A stretch of 64,000 bases of DNA from Auanema rhodensis (lineage: Eukaryota > Animalia > Nematoda). The notes beneath the pieces are model-generated. The model was given only the letters and a program-made list of their open reading frames with translations. It ran no database searches and had not been told where the DNA came from. The number at the start of each line of letters is the position of its first letter. Position 1 is the stretch's first letter. The stretch covers positions 8,680,001 to 8,744,000 of the forward strand of contig OZ059895.1 in the NCBI GenBank assembly GCA_964057225.1, in the 5' to 3' direction. The translations under genes were made by a program, and so were the position numbers. Shown here piece after piece: positions 31,477-45,392 of the stretch.

Positions 31477-32795
31477 TTAGGCATTAAGGATGCTGAGCTT
31501 GGGTCTTTGAGTGTTCTTGGCTCCCTCCTTTTGAGATTTACCGCGGTTCTCGTTATTTTTTTTTGGTCTGCGAACAGCTTGAGAGCCAGAGATGAGAGAA
31601 GCATCTATTCCGCTTGCAGCAAGACGTTCCTGAAATAATGAATGTTAGCGATTTAAAAAACCTGCCAAATTCTTACTTCTAATGATTGCTTAATAGCTGC
31701 TAATTGATCAGCAGAAAGACCATCAGATGACACCTGGATTCCTCCGCAAGTGAGCTGAACAGACTGATTGTTGTTCTTCTTCTGCTCTAAAAAAACAAGA
31801 TCATTAAAATTTATAAACTGTTGTATTTATTTACCATTATGAACTGGGCTAAGATTCACACCTGAATCAGCTCCAACAGAACTAGTAATGCTAGATTGGC
31901 TAGTTGCATGCTTGATAGCAGCAACTTGGACAGGGGAAACTGATTTAGCTGGGGAGTTAACCTTCTTAGAACTATCATCAACTGCAAAACTCTATATAAA
32001 ATTAAAACACATACTACTCTTACCGCTGCCAAAGCTATTAATGTGAGCAGCCAACTCGCTAATATCGGCACAGAATGATGATTGAGGTTTCAGGGAACTC
32101 AGCAAAACTTTTTCTCTTTCATTAATAATTGTGCGTAATGTCTAACAATTAAATAATAATGAATAAACAACAAAGACAACATTATACCTTGAAAGTATTC
32201 TGAATTTGTTCAGAAGCGGGGCAGTTAGTCTTAGCTACTGATACTGGCTTCTCATTTTCTAAATTAACTATAAATCAGAGAATAAGAAAAAAAGTTACCT
32301 TTCTTAGCCTTATTGTTTCCAGTAACAGCAGCCTTGGCGGGGGCAGCCTTGGTGACTGGTACATTAGGGATAGGGGCCGGAGTAGACACTACAGGTTGAA
32401 CGGAAACGGGGGCTTAAAACAAAACAAAATGAAAAAATAAATACTAATTAGTTTACCAGCTTTTTTTGGTTGCTCAACTGGCTTTGAAGAAACTGGAGCG
32501 GGAGTGGAAGGCTGAGCTACAGCCTGAGCATTCTTATTCTTCTTCTTATTTTTCTTTCCTCCTGATCCAGCTGGACGTACCCAGTCATCAAGAACACCCG
32601 ATGCTCCATCTAAGTACAAAATCAAAAGAAAGTAAAAAAAAAAAAATTACCTTCACAGAAAGCTTGGATAGTTCTCTCAACATTCAAGTCGAAAGAATGA
32701 AGAGCAAGAGTGATATCCTCATTACTTACGCCTCTTACAACTTCTTTGATCTTAGCAACCTTAGCGGCAATTTGTTGGTGATCATTCTTATTCAT
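31477..32795 (-). CDS. SPATS2/SPATS2L-like protein (N-terminal UBA/CUE-like domain, Lys-rich segment), multi-exon
   Basis: KVAKIKEVVRGVSNEDITLALHSFDLNVERTIQAFCEDGASGVLDDW...GKKNKKK parallels the recalled SPATS2 N-terminus. Confidence 0.8.
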
Positions 32796-32879
32796 CTTGA
32801 AACCTTAAAAAATGCAATTCAGAATACAAATAAAAACAGCTAAAAGCATTAAAGCAGTATATAGTAAAAGAAAATGTTC

Positions 32880-33175
32880 TAGAGATAATACGGTTTGGTA
32901 AGTTGGCAAGCAACGCGGAGTGCGACGCGGTGCAATGATAGCAAAATTACGGTAACATTCTCAAAAATTTGAAATAGACGCCGTTTTCTCTTAATAAATT
33001 TATTTGTTTGTTTTGAATTTTAGAGAAAATAAGGGTTCTTATTTTAAATATTAAAAATCTATAAATATCATGATATCTCATAAATAAAATTTAAAAACTC
33101 TTTTAATCTAATAATAATTGGTCCTACCAAGAGAGTAAACACGCACCACGACAAACCTACCGTAATTTTAACTTT
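32880..33175. promoter_or_regulatory. Bidirectional promoter between SPATS2-like and rpl-1 with an inverted motif pair
   Basis: Divergent ATGs 520 nt apart; perfect 12-bp IR AAAATTACGGTA (32943-32954) / TACCGTAATTTT (33158-33169) around a poly-A/T core. Confidence 0.55.
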
Positions 33176-33314
33176 TCACTAAATCGTACAAGGAAAGAAA
33201 TAGGAACTAAATGTTGTAGTGTTCTATATTTCATTGCAATAAGTATCTGTGCTTCTTTAACTGTTTCTTGTGTTTCATAAATGATTTTAAAATTTTAATT
33301 ATTTTAGGGTAAAC

Positions 33315-34187
33315 ATGTCCAAGGTCTCTCGTGACACTTTAAATGAGGCTGTAGCCGACGTTCTCAAGGGATCCACCGAGAAGAAGAGAAAATTCCGTGA
33401 GACTGTTGAGCTCCAAATTGGTCTTAAGAATTATGATCCCCAAAAGGACAAGCGTTTCTCCGGATCCGTAAGGTAGCTACTACCTGCTAAGAGCAGGGAG
33501 CTTTGTTTTACAAGGCGGACCTTTACCCAGGGTCTTAAAAATTGGGGAGGCTTTTGCCGTTAATTTTTACTTAACTGGATGTCTTAGTAGGGAAACACTT
33601 TACAGACTTGCAAATTTATGTATGATTTTGTTAATTCATTAAATTTAGACTGAAGAACGTTCCTCGCCCAGCCATGAAGGTTTGCGTCTTCGGAGATCAG
33701 CAACATCTTGACGAGGCCAACGCCGCCGGACTTCCATGCATGAGCGCTGATGATCTTAAGAAGCTCAACAAGAACAAGAAGCTTATCAAGAAGCTCGCTA
33801 AGGGCTATGATGCTTTCCTTGCTTCCGAATCTCTCATCAAGCAGATTCCTCGTATTCTTGGACCCGGACTCAACAAGGCCGGAAAATTCCCTTCTGTTGT
33901 CTCTCACGGAGAACCCCTCCAAGTCAAGGTTGAGGAAATCAAGGCTACCATCAAGTTCCAGATGAAGAAGGTAATTTGAGATGTAAGATGAGATGTTTTA
34001 TATTTTATTTCTTAAGGTTCTTTGCCTTTCCGTCGCTGTTGGACACGTTGATATGGCCCAAGAAGAGCTTGTTTCAAACATCGCTCTCTCCATCAATTTC
34101 CTCGTCTCCCTCCTTAAGAAGAACTGGCAGAACGTTCGTTCATTGAACATCAAGTCTACCATGGGTAAAGCCCAGAGACTTTATTAA
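33315..34187 (+). CDS. rpl-1: 60S ribosomal protein uL1 (L10a); exons 33315-33472, 33649-33970, 34017-34187
   Basis: [13 protein letters not shown]...[20 protein letters not shown]|LK..., [20 protein letters not shown]; strongly biased codon usage. Confidence 0.99.
33473..33648 (+). promoter_or_regulatory. Structured rpl-1 intron, probable L10ARE-type autoregulatory (AS-NMD) element
   Basis: 176-nt intron with hairpins CCTGCT/AGCAGG, GCTTTGT/ACAAGGC, GACC/GGTC, CTACTA/TAGTAG and a candidate distal donor GTAGGG at 33587. Confidence 0.7.
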
Positions 34188-34311
34188 ACATTGTTATTGT
34201 TTTATAAACTGTTGTTTAATATAGTTTTATTGTTGAATTTAGTTGCAAGCAATGTAGAATATTTAGTTATTATGGGGCCGGGGAAGTGTTAATTTATTGA
34301 ACAATTAGTAG

Positions 34312-35992
34312 ATGCAGCAATATACTGTTGACGAGACTATGAGGCTAGGTGATGAAATCAAACTCCAGATTGTAGCGTTCGTGGGTGATTATGAGAGGAC
34401 GGTATGCTTAATAATCTTTTTGGAATCAAGATGTGTGGTTGTAGGTTTGCACCCTTCTGTCTCGTCAATTAGCGGGATCTGAGTTAGACTATCTAAGGTT
34501 AGACAACCGTTATTATCACACCAAGGTTGGTATTGAACATTTCCGTTCCGCCGATGAATTAGCGGGATGGGATATGAAGCAGAAAAGTGAAGCTGAGATA
34601 GGGGTCTTGATTGTCAGGTAGTTTTGTGGGGTATAATTGACAACAATGAGTAAGTTTAGGTATAACTGTAAAAATGACCTAGAATGTCTTCAAAAGAGTC
34701 TTCACTTGTATCAATGTGACGTTCAGGTAGTTCGTTCTGCCATAACTGCTTTTTGATTATAAAATTAAGGCTCTTGTCTTGGATGATGAAGCGAATGATC
34801 CTGATGGCTTTGCATTACAATGGGCCACTGAAAATGAATTTGAAGTTGTGTATCTTAATCCTGATCAGGTATTTCCATGTGATATAATTTTGTTTCACAT
34901 AATTTAAAGGCGAATCGGGAAGAAGCTGCTTCGTTCAACGAAAAATGTGGAGCGGCAAGACTAGCTGAAATGCTTCATACTGCTAATTGGCCGTTTAAGC
35001 ATCATAAAATGGAGAATGTTAAAAAGACTTAAAGTTTTCTAATTACAAGAAAGCTTATTTCAGATTACGGGCAAAGAAAATGTCGATAGAATACTGCAGT
35101 TAGTGAATCAGATGGATTTCAGTTCAGAAAGCGAAATTGAGCCAGATGATAACGATAAAGGTATTTCAAGTTTTTTTCAAGTATATTGAATGTTTGTAGA
35201 AGCAATTTGGACAGCATTTACTGCCGCTGTATCTAATTCTCCCCCTCCAGAAGATGATGAAAATGAATCTTCAAGTACCACTAACTGTTGTGAAGCAAAT
35301 ATTTCTGTTGATGTAGTTTTAAATAATACTAAAAAGGTAAAAATTAAATAGGATGTTTTATTTTTTTGCTGAATGAAGTATTTATTCTCTGAAAAAGTAG
35401 TTTTTTAAACTTCTTTCATCACAGAGTTGAATATGGGGTGTCTTATTTTTTTTTATTGATTAAGCTCTTGCTCGTTCACTATGAGTAATGCTGTTACAAA
35501 TCCTAAATTATACGAATCATAACAGAACAGTATTATTGACACAATCTCAAACACATCCTTCGTACCAATGTTTTTCAGTCTAGTGCAACTACTACTCATC
35601 AACCCTCCGAGGATGCTACCAAGAAAAAGAAAAAAAAGAATAAAAAAGCCAAGTCAGGTAGAAAACGAATTTTTTATATGAAAAAGTACAAAGTTTGTTC
35701 AATATCTTGCAGATGCTGAACCTTCGTTGGATGAATTTACATTGTCAGCCGAGAGTACTGAGCTGATAGATAAAATGATAGCAAGTGTAGAAGATGGGAC
35801 AGCTGATCAGACTATTGGTGATTTAACAAAAGTCAGCAACTATATTTCCTGATAATTTTTTATACGACTTTTCAGGTTCGAAATGAAATAGCTGCTATGC
35901 AGTTTAATAATAAAGCTCGAATTGATAAAGCGGAAGCTATAGTACGAGGAATAGCTGAAGCTATGAATGTAACTTTCAGCGAGTCTGAGTAA
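34312..35992 (+). CDS. Alpha- and gamma-adaptin-binding protein p34 (AAGAB) homologue, multi-exon; one internal junction near 34580-34680 unresolved
   Basis: LDNRYYHTK~IDNKYY; WATENEFEVVYL~WCIKHGFELVEL; GAARLAEMLHTANW~GVKRIVQALNANVW; C-terminal RIDKAEAIV. Starts 125 nt after the rpl-1 stop (operon-like). Confidence 0.75.
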
Positions 35993-36483
35993 TCATTTTG
36001 CATGCTGTGTTTTACGAGGTCGATCTCCTCATGGGTGATTTCTTGCTTGAATCTTTTACTTTGTAATAGCCTAGTCGCTCAATTTAGTATAATATGTTTG
36101 TATATATATGTATGTATGTGCATTGGAATAATATTATACAATTTTAATTTATTGAAAAAAAAAAGTTTGATTTACCTCAATATAAAAATTTATCGGATAT
36201 CTGAAAAATATATGATAAAGCGGTTCAGTACCAGACTCTAACCTTGTTCCTACAAATTTTTTGTGAAACTACCAGCAATTATACACAGGGGAGAGGGAAC
36301 AGAAACAAGGCCTTGAAAAAACTGCCCCGTTGTATAGTTCATAACAATATCTTGCGAGAAACAAAAATTAAGAAAACAACTATGAATACCAGAAAATGTG
36401 AAACAAGATAAGTAGAATCTATCACATGAAATTCTGGAGGTAATGAGGAAAGTAAAGCTCTCACAGAGCAAAGATAGCATTAG

Positions 36484-37287
36484 TTAATCTCCCGGATGCT
36501 CAGGGCAGCAATTCTTACGAGCAAACCAATCATCAATGCATCTACAAAATTTAAGTTGAATTTTAATAACTATAATATCAATTACTGTTTGTGATAAATA
36601 CACAGGCAAGGAAGCCGAGCAATTGAATGGCCAGGCTCCATATCATCCAAACATATAGCACATTCCCCTTTACCATCAGTTAAAACCTCATCTAAACACT
36701 TCAAGATGAAGCAGAACTTGTCGGTTATGACTCTTACTGTTATACACAATTCGTGGTCTAGTAAGGCACAGTACTAAATGTAGATCTGCCTCATCCGATG
36801 GAACTGTTTTATGGCAAACCGGACAAGTAATATCTTCTCCGACTAAAAAAATAATGGAAAACAATTTGAGAAATGTTTAAACCTGAAGAAGAGTAATATC
36901 GAGTATTTCTTTCTGTGTGAGAACGTCTTCGATTTGATCTAGGAATACTAGATGAATTTCTTATTCCTCGGGTCCTTTAATAAAAGTTAAACAGTGAATA
37001 TTTTGCGTGAAGCTACCTCATAACTTGTTGTACGAGAGAAGATGGACCAGCTTCTTCATCATCAGTAGATTCAACGTGATAAAAATCACCTTGTCTTAAC
37101 GACTAAAGTAATGTGAATATTAGTTCTATGAATCTATGTAGGGAAAATTAACCTGCAAAAATTCTGACACACCCGTAGGGTCACTGCTCGATGAATTATG
37201 GAAAACATCTCGCGACGACGGACCAGTCCCATCTACCGAACTGGACCTCGGCCTCTCCTCCCCTACGGAGGATTGCCGAGCCCCCAT
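36484..37287 (-). CDS. ZNRF1/2-like E3 ubiquitin ligase (myristoylation motif, UBZ finger, RING-H2)
   Basis: MGARQS; CPVCHK...LHLVLCLTRPRIVYN; ECAICLDD...IARLPCLCIYHK.CIDDWF...CPEHPGD*. Confidence 0.92.
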
Positions 37288-37845
37288 GCAAAGCAGATAA
37301 ACAGTCTTTAAAAATATAAAATAAGATAAAAATAATATTGAAAAAAAAAACAAAAAGCATAAAAAAACTTCTAAAAGAAAAAAGATAACAATTCTAATCA
37401 AACATCTTATAATAAATATTCAAAATTGAAAAATAAAAAAAATAAAGAAATAAAAAAATTAATTTCTAGATTATTAAAAATATATAATTCCTGCTATTTG
37501 AACATAAATATTAGCAAATATATTTTTTAATATTTTAAAATGTAAAAAAATATAAAATTGCTTTTCTTGTTGATATAATAAATAATAACTATATGAAAAA
37601 TGTTAAGAGAAAATCAATAAATTATTTTATGATAAAGCTTACAAAGAAACTAAACTTCAAACAACTACAGAAAAAGTTTAGAAGGTATGTGGAAATCAAT
37701 TGCTGTCCAAGTTTGGTGTTCATCCGTTACTTCTACGACACGTGACATATCACTAACGTCAAACTACGAACCTGGTATAAAACAATTTATACATTAAAAT
37801 TCATTGTAATTTTATTCTTTTGCTTTTAATTTTTTAAAATTAAAA

Positions 37846-38408
37846 ATGGGTGATTCTATATTAAATCCGAAAGTATTAGTATTGGACGGTCTCAAATCGT
37901 CTTTCAATTCTATTATTCGTGCTCAGGAAGAAATAACTACTCTTATTGGCTACATAAACGAATTAGAAACTCTACCTGAAACGCTCACAGTTTGCCAGGT
38001 ATTTTTTTTCAAATTTTTACAGTTCTTCAGTATTTTTTTAAAGAATGTTCAATGGAAAGCCCGATTAAAATCGAAAATTAATTACAAAATCACTGAGTAT
38101 CACGAAGTTATTGAGGATAAATTGAATGCTATTGTTAAACCTGGACTTCTCGATTTACAAGAAATTGCTGAGGAATGTAGCACACTAAGTTCTACATTTG
38201 AAGAAGATTTTCAAATGGTTAACAACTATTTCAGAAAAGTAAGCTTAGTTAACATAAAGCACGCTATTAACACGAATATTGATTTTAGGCGTATACAGAG
38301 CTCACACAAAACAGTAAGTCGCCAAAATTATTGCCAACTCTTCCAATGAGTTACGATGAAAATAATTCATTTAATCGAATGCGAAGCGATCTTATTGTTT
38401 CTACTTAA
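37846..38408 (+). CDS. Small helical protein, putative C1orf109/AIRIM homologue (2-3 exons)
   Basis: LVLDGLKSSF~LAVQEALKKCF; WKARLKSK~LKERLRRK; FQMVNNYFRKAY~LQDIERHYRKSY; LPTLPMSYD~IQALPKAWD (human sequence from memory). Confidence 0.5.
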
Positions 38409-38519
38409 ATTTCTTAATATTGTAACTATTCTATATTCAACATCTGTTCTCTCGAAATACTACCTACTATTTATTTTTATATTCTATGGATAATATAATT
38501 ATCTTCTTAATTATTGAAG

Positions 38520-40673
38520 ATGTCTGAACAACCTTATGTAGCTGAAGAACCTTCTCCCGAGTTAAAGAATCTCTTAAAGAATATAAAGTTTAGTTTCGAA
38601 CATCCCGTTTAATTTTTTTCTTATATTTAGTGGAATTACCAATTCTGCGGCAAATTATATGAATGGCAGTATACGTGAGAAAATGTTTCCTTTTGATTCT
38701 CATTTTATTAGACGTCTGTTGTATAATAAGCATATTATACTTATTGGAGACTCGCGTAAGTTCAAATTAAACTTTTTACTGTTATATTGAATATTTGCAG
38801 TAACTCGTGGTCTATACAAAGATTTAATAGTTCAATTACAAAGTGATGATTTAATTAGTGATTATCATCTGAAGTTAAAGACTGAAGTTTCTCATTATGG
38901 CGACCGACAAGTTTAAATTGGTTTTTGATAATTGTTCAAGAGATATGTTATAGATTGATATCTTACCATTAGAATCCGACAGAATATTCAGACAAGCAAG
39001 AGAATATATGACTCCTTGCAATTTAATACAATATATTTTTACTACTCGGTAGGCATTTTATATATCTTGTTAAGTTAAGTTTTATTATTAGAGTTATGAA
39101 AGATGACGTGGAGCAGGCTCTTTTAACAATTTTTAAGACAAAAGAATACCCTGATGTACTTATTCTGAATTCTGCTATTTGGGATATGACAAGGTTTTAA
39201 TATTGTTCAATTGTTTTAGTACCATTTTCCATTGCTAAGATATAATATTGAACCTGTTAACATCAGTGGTTTATTACCCGATGCTCCATGTCCTAGAGCA
39301 CAAATAAGAAATGAATTGATGGCGATGGAAGAATATCTTGAAAGGTTGAACTAGTGAACTTTTGCGTCTTGTCATGAAAATATCATGTTTCAGATTATCA
39401 ATGCTAATGCGAAGGCTAAGAGTTATTCTTCCACCAACAACACAGGTACTGATTATTTTTGCTTCTACAATATGTGGTTCTTTGAGCTTTTGAAAATTAT
39501 TAACCTTTTCTTTTCTATTCTTTATTTGCTATTGCTTTTGGTTGATTACAATATAATAATAGCTCATGTGTTCACAGCTATGTTAAAAATGATGACAATT
39601 CACATCGAATTGTCACCTAAATTTCACAAAGAATTGATTTTTCTTATTACATATATTTGTGATGTTACATCATGGTTATGACCGAAAGTAACGCTTACTC
39701 AATGCATTATAGGTAATTTGGGCCCTGTACCCTTGGCCGCTTCCAGATGGTAGAGGTATTATCTCTAGAGTAGGAACTATTGATAAAAGATCTTTACATA
39801 GGTATTAATTTGTTATTACTGTTGATTTAATTGTTTTTTTTATTTTTCAGAAGTTTATACAATGATGGAAATTATCGAGCTGCTCAAATTGTCAGAAATG
39901 CAGGGTATGATGTGCTCGATTTTGGGTTTTATCTACGTAACCATGCACTACACACCTATAGAAGGTATTTCAAAAAAATTTAATCAATTGGAATATTTTT
40001 TTAGTGCGGATGGTGTTCATTGGTCTTCAGTAGGCACTAGAATCATGACACAATTACTAATTGGTCACCTATCGATGAATATATGTCTTCCATCAGATAT
40101 TACCAAAAATTTCAATGAGTAACTTAATTTATCATATTTTTTATTCTAAAAGTTTTTTTAGATTTAAAGATAATACTTCTGAGCATGGCCCAAAGTTTTT
40201 CGAGATAATGAACAAATGTGCTGTGAAAGATCAAAATGGCAATTATTCTGAGAAACTTCAGGTGTGATCTCAAATTAGTTTATCTTAATTATTTTTTTTA
40301 TTTAAGCAAAAATTACGGGAAACTTTCCTCAATAATTTGGATGAAAAGTAGTTGAATATTTCTATTATTATTAATCTTCACTAATCTAATTTCAGTTTTC
40401 GTAATTCTTTAAAAAGTGATATTCAGCTTATGAGATTTGTTGATTTGGTAAAAAGAGAAGAATTACTTGATGTGGTTGATACTGAGTTATCAGAGTATAT
40501 AATTGGCATGGTATTCTTTGTTCAACAATGTTTTTTGTTAATTAATTTTATTGCAGCTTACCATTAAACGCTTGATCGTACCTGAAATATGCAAAAATAA
40601 TTCTCAAAGAATTATGATCTCTGTAAATGAAAAATTCTTAAAGAAAAATGTTAATGAAACAAGATCTCAATAG
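38520..40673 (+). CDS. PC-esterase domain (PCED1/FAM113) SGNH-type protein, multi-exon
   Basis: RLLYNKHIILIGDS, RGLYKDL, YFTTR, PDVLILNSAIWDMTRY, GYDVLD, DGVHW. Confidence 0.85.
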
Positions 40674-40861
40674 TTCTATATAAAATATATTTGATTTGAG
40701 TTTAGAACATATCTAACATAAATATTAGTTTTTAACTTGTTTTTATCCGTTCTCAACGGTCTTCTGTATCTCTAAAGTCATCATGTTTTTAGTATTTAAA
40801 GTTCATTTCAGCAAAATTGTAATAAATCGACATCTATTATTTTGTAAATGTTCTGAATTGA

Positions 40862-43410
40862 ATGGGAGGTTCATTCTCCACCTTTTGTGACTGGTTATAT
40901 TGGTCTCTTATCCCTGGTCGTCGTCACCACTTGCAAGCCGGTAAAATTTAAAATTTTTAAAATTTTAAAAATATAATTGAAAATTTCAGTCGACGTTTCT
41001 CCAGACAATACTCTGTTACTTTTGTCAGCCGCTGCCCAATTAGCTCGATTATCTAGTAGAATGGATGATACGGTAACTTTTAATATTTTACATTATCTGT
41101 TGTTATACGCATTATTCTAGAGTGAAATTGACCCCTTGCCTTTGCCGAGTGAGGTAAAAATACAGTTGTCTATAAAAGTTAATTTTCTTAATTCAGAGAT
41201 CAAGCTCAGAAATGAAACTTGCAGCCCCTTCTGATACATCGGATGACTCTGATGAGTTCTGCACTCTCCCCGAAAGTGAAAGACAACGTATATTCCATCA
41301 CGAACAATCAGATCGTAGATGCGATCGGTTTATAATTGGAAATGAAGAGGTTTTTTCTCATTATTCGTTGAAATATAAATAACATTTTTAGTCATACGGG
41401 CATATACTTAATCAAACTATAGCTGCCTGTGGCTCTAATAGAAATTGTTATAGCATTAGAAGAATGACTGAACTTGGTCTAGGCCCAAGTAATGCTGATG
41501 CTTATGGGTCAGCCATTAGGGTAGCCATGAACAATAAGTAAGAACATCAGGAGATTCAAGTAGTATATGTTTTTTTACAGATATTTCCCTAACTCTCGCA
41601 AAATAGTAGATAAAAGCGATACAAAAGCTTTTTGTGTTCAACATTTGAACCTTACGGATGAATTAGTTGTAGCTACACAAGGTATGTTATATTTTTTGTC
41701 GCGATATACATTTTAAAAATATTGAAAAATAAATTATCTATTTAGTTCACATATATCTATATTTGTCACTGATGTTTTATTAAATGTGTTTGACATTACA
41801 GATGAACGCATCAGGTTTTATAAACCCTCCGGTAAAAATGATCGTTACATAAGAACTAAAGGTTTTGAAGTAAGTGAATGTTTTAATATTTCATCGTTTT
41901 TTTTTTCAATTTTTGAATCATATTTCATGAATTTTTTTAGCTCAATAATATTGGCTGGTCCGTTTTGGATGTTGCTTTCTCGCCACAAAGCAGAGGTTTC
42001 GCTTATTGCACTTGGAAAGACGCAGTAATGTTTTGTCGGTCAGTGAATATTTCTTTAAATTGTTATCAGTGTTTACTTTTTTATTTATCAGTTATTTGGA
42101 TGCTGATGGCCTTAGTTATGAAACTTGCAACTTGAATATTCCTCCATCCGAAAGGTTTTTGGTTTGGTAAATATGTTATTCTGATTCTTAGCTTTTAGTT
42201 CCTCTATTGCCGTATTCTCAGTTCGATTCTCACAGGATGGTCGGGAAATATTAGCTGGTACTTCGGATTATTCTATATATATTTTCGATGTTAATACTTT
42301 AAGTAGAGTATGTTATATGTTTAATGATAATTTGTTTTTGTTTCATTTCTTAGGTTGTTAGTGTTCCTCGTGCTCATGATGATGATGTGAATGCCGTATG
42401 TTATGCTGACGAAGCTGGTAATTTAATATTCAGTGGAAGCGACGATGGATTATTGAAAGTAGAATATTATTGGTTAGAAATGATCATATATTATTGGTTA
42501 AGGTATGGGATCGTCGATGCTTGAGAGAAGGTGATCCACATCCTATTGGAATTTTTGCTGGCCATAAAGATGGAATCACTTATATTGACAGCAGAGGAGA
42601 CTCTAGGTAACAATCCATAACTTAATTCTAATGTGCATTTCAAATTATCAGATATTTGTTGAGTAATTCGAAGGATCAAACTATAAAGTTATGGGATGTT
42701 CGTCATTTTTCTTCGAGAAGCGCTGCGGTAGTTCCTTTTTTAATTTTCAATTTGTATTTTATTACTGATTTAGGAAGAGACGAAAAAAGCCGTTTCAAGA
42801 CAGTCTTGGGACTACCGATGGCAAGCAGCACCCCAAGTTTTAGAGAAACCTTTACCAGGTTTTGTTTTTATTTTTGTTCAATGATGTATTCCCATTTAAG
42901 GTGACAGCTCTGTTCTCACTCTAAAAGGTCATCGAGTCTTACATACATTAGTTAGAGCGAAATTCTCACCTCATTCCACAGGTCAGCGATATATCTATAC
43001 TGGATGTGCCGGTGGCGAAGTTGTCGGTAAGTATAATGAAAGCTAGCATAGTATATGTTATATTCCATGACAGTCTATGATATCATAACCCGACGGGTAG
43101 AAAAACGATTAGGAGGCCATCGAGCAGTGGTTCGTGATGTCTCTTGGAGTGATCACAGAAACGAAATTGTTTCCTGCTCTGTATGTTTTGTTATTTTGCT
43201 TCATAATCTTATGACTATATTTAAGTGGGACGGTTCAACTGCTGTTTGGAGATGGGACGAGAGAAAAGGTTTGCGAATCTAACATTCTTTTATAATATTT
43301 TTTGTTAAGATGGTGTAATTGAGGACGAGGATAGTTCTGATGATAATTATATGCCATATCGCATGTCTCAACCTAAGTTGTGTTCTAAACCTCGTAGACG
43401 ACTTTGTTAA
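40862..43410 (+). CDS. wdr-23: DCAF11/WDR23 CUL4-DDB1 substrate receptor, multi-exon
   Basis: GWSVLD, AHDDDVNAV, SGSDDGLLKVWDRR, SNSKDQTIKLWDVR, WDYRW, GHRVLHTLVRAKFSPHSTGQRYIYTG. Confidence 0.95.
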
Positions 43411-45392
43411 TTTCATTGTTTTGTGATGTTCATTGATTTTCAAAATCAGAATGTAATATTAATAATGCTTGTTATATGTAAATACATGTACAGTACAAAC
43501 CTTGTAAGTACTTTGTTTCTGAAGCTCATATTACTTCACTGTATCAGTCTTTGAATAAAATATATTTTTGATAACTTTTTAATAATCCCATTCAATTATT
43601 AACATTTGTAATACTTGTTAAAGAAGTCTTGCACGTTTTGCTTTGGCCACAACAACATGTTCATGAAATGAACCTATTGCAACCTTGTTAGGCCCACATA
43701 TAACTTTGCCAACATGCTCGCTGTCCAGGAAAAAATGTTATCTTTTACGTTCACCTGTACTTACCTGTCAGTTCGCCATGGCCTCTCAATCTTATATTGT
43801 CGGAAGGTGTGTGTTTATCAAAAATACACTTATTAACAAATGTAATATCCCTTATGATGTTTGGCTTTGGTTATTTCTAAACATAATCGCAATAAATCGA
43901 ATATGGGATGATGGTTATCTAGACTTCTTTCGCGAAATAAATTCTCATCCAGTTCTAATGATCAACGGGGGTCTGAAGAAACGCTAAGAAGTTTAATGAA
44001 TATTCAAGGTATCAGTTTCAACGATAATTTGTTCAAAGACCGGAAATCAAACAGATCATTCACATCGTCATCACACGTTTTCGTTTTCAATCATGACCAC
44101 TGATAAGAAAACAGAAACAAATGAAAGATAGTAAAAAGTACCATTCACAAATTAAAATCTGACGGTTTTATCTCAGATCAAGTAATACAGAATATCCAAA
44201 AGTCATTTTAATAGTACTCTTCAGATATTATTATGTTGATAGCATATTCTTATATTTGATATAGTCCTACCTACCTTCCATTTGTGCGAACGTGATTGTT
44301 GACTGTTCTGCTATTTTGTTGAGTATTTGGTCGACCTTATGCTTTTTCTGTTGTTTATATCTTCATCAACATCATCTTCTTATTCGCTGTTTCTTTTTCC
44401 CCTACCTTTTCGCTTCTCTGTCTCTACTATTATCCATCGTTTTCTCTCTCATTTTCTGTCTATCTCGTTCCTCGCATATCTTCGCTTACTACCGCCTATG
44501 ACCTGATCCATCCAAATTAGGAACTGTGAGACTCTGCGAGGAACGAGGACCACTTGTCCAGGAAAAAGGTGCGGTCGGCAGCTGGCCGGCTATTTAGCTC
44601 CGCCCCTACATCCTCAATATTACTCATTACACATCATCAGTCTTATCCATACCTCATTTCAATTGAGCAATTCCAAAGTGCTGATCATGCTCTAGTTTTG
44701 TTCCAGCTTTGTCTGTATCTTTCATTTTTTAAATTTAAGCTAGTAATTTCATTTGACTGTCAGACTAACACGAGCTCATAGATGTTTGTTTGCTATCTCA
44801 CTACTGCAGTCACGTTTTAGTAATCAAATTATTACGTGTCCTAAATTTGATATTTTGGTTTATTCAAGAATTTTTGAAACGATTATGCAAAGCTTCAGGA
44901 ACATCGTCTGCCTTTTATTCTTCCGTATCTTGCATGCTGCTTTGCTGATTTAATAACTCTGATAATGTGTGTGATAAGCTATTTCCAGCTAGTTTTGATA
45001 CTATTTTTAGCTGCTAATGTTTTATATCAGTTATATTTCTTTGAATGAATGCCTATTAATAACTTTTCCGCAAAAAATTATCTTTCACCATTCTACATTT
45101 TTTTCCTTTGTCTGTTTACGAACTACATAATTTTCAATAATTACAGTCTTAAGATGAAATATTATATCATTTATCTGCGAGAATTGATTAAAAATGAAAA
45201 TTATCATCTTACACAAAAAATTTTGTTCATTTGCATACAATGATCCTATGGTCACGTGTGATACACGTAAAATTAAATCGTTTATATCTCATTCATCTTT
45301 GTATATGTCACGCGGCAGATCGTTTTGCTTTCCATCTTTTCTCTTTCTATATACTTTGACATATTATATAATTTATTTTTTCAGAAGTTTCC

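Noticed and set aside
33584-33922. 112-aa minus-strand ORF
   Set aside because: Antisense shadow of codon-biased rpl-1.
34349-34482. C-box/D-box-like words GTGATGA...CTGA downstream of rpl-1
   Set aside because: Both fall in AAGAB-like coding exons; no terminal stem or guide recognised.
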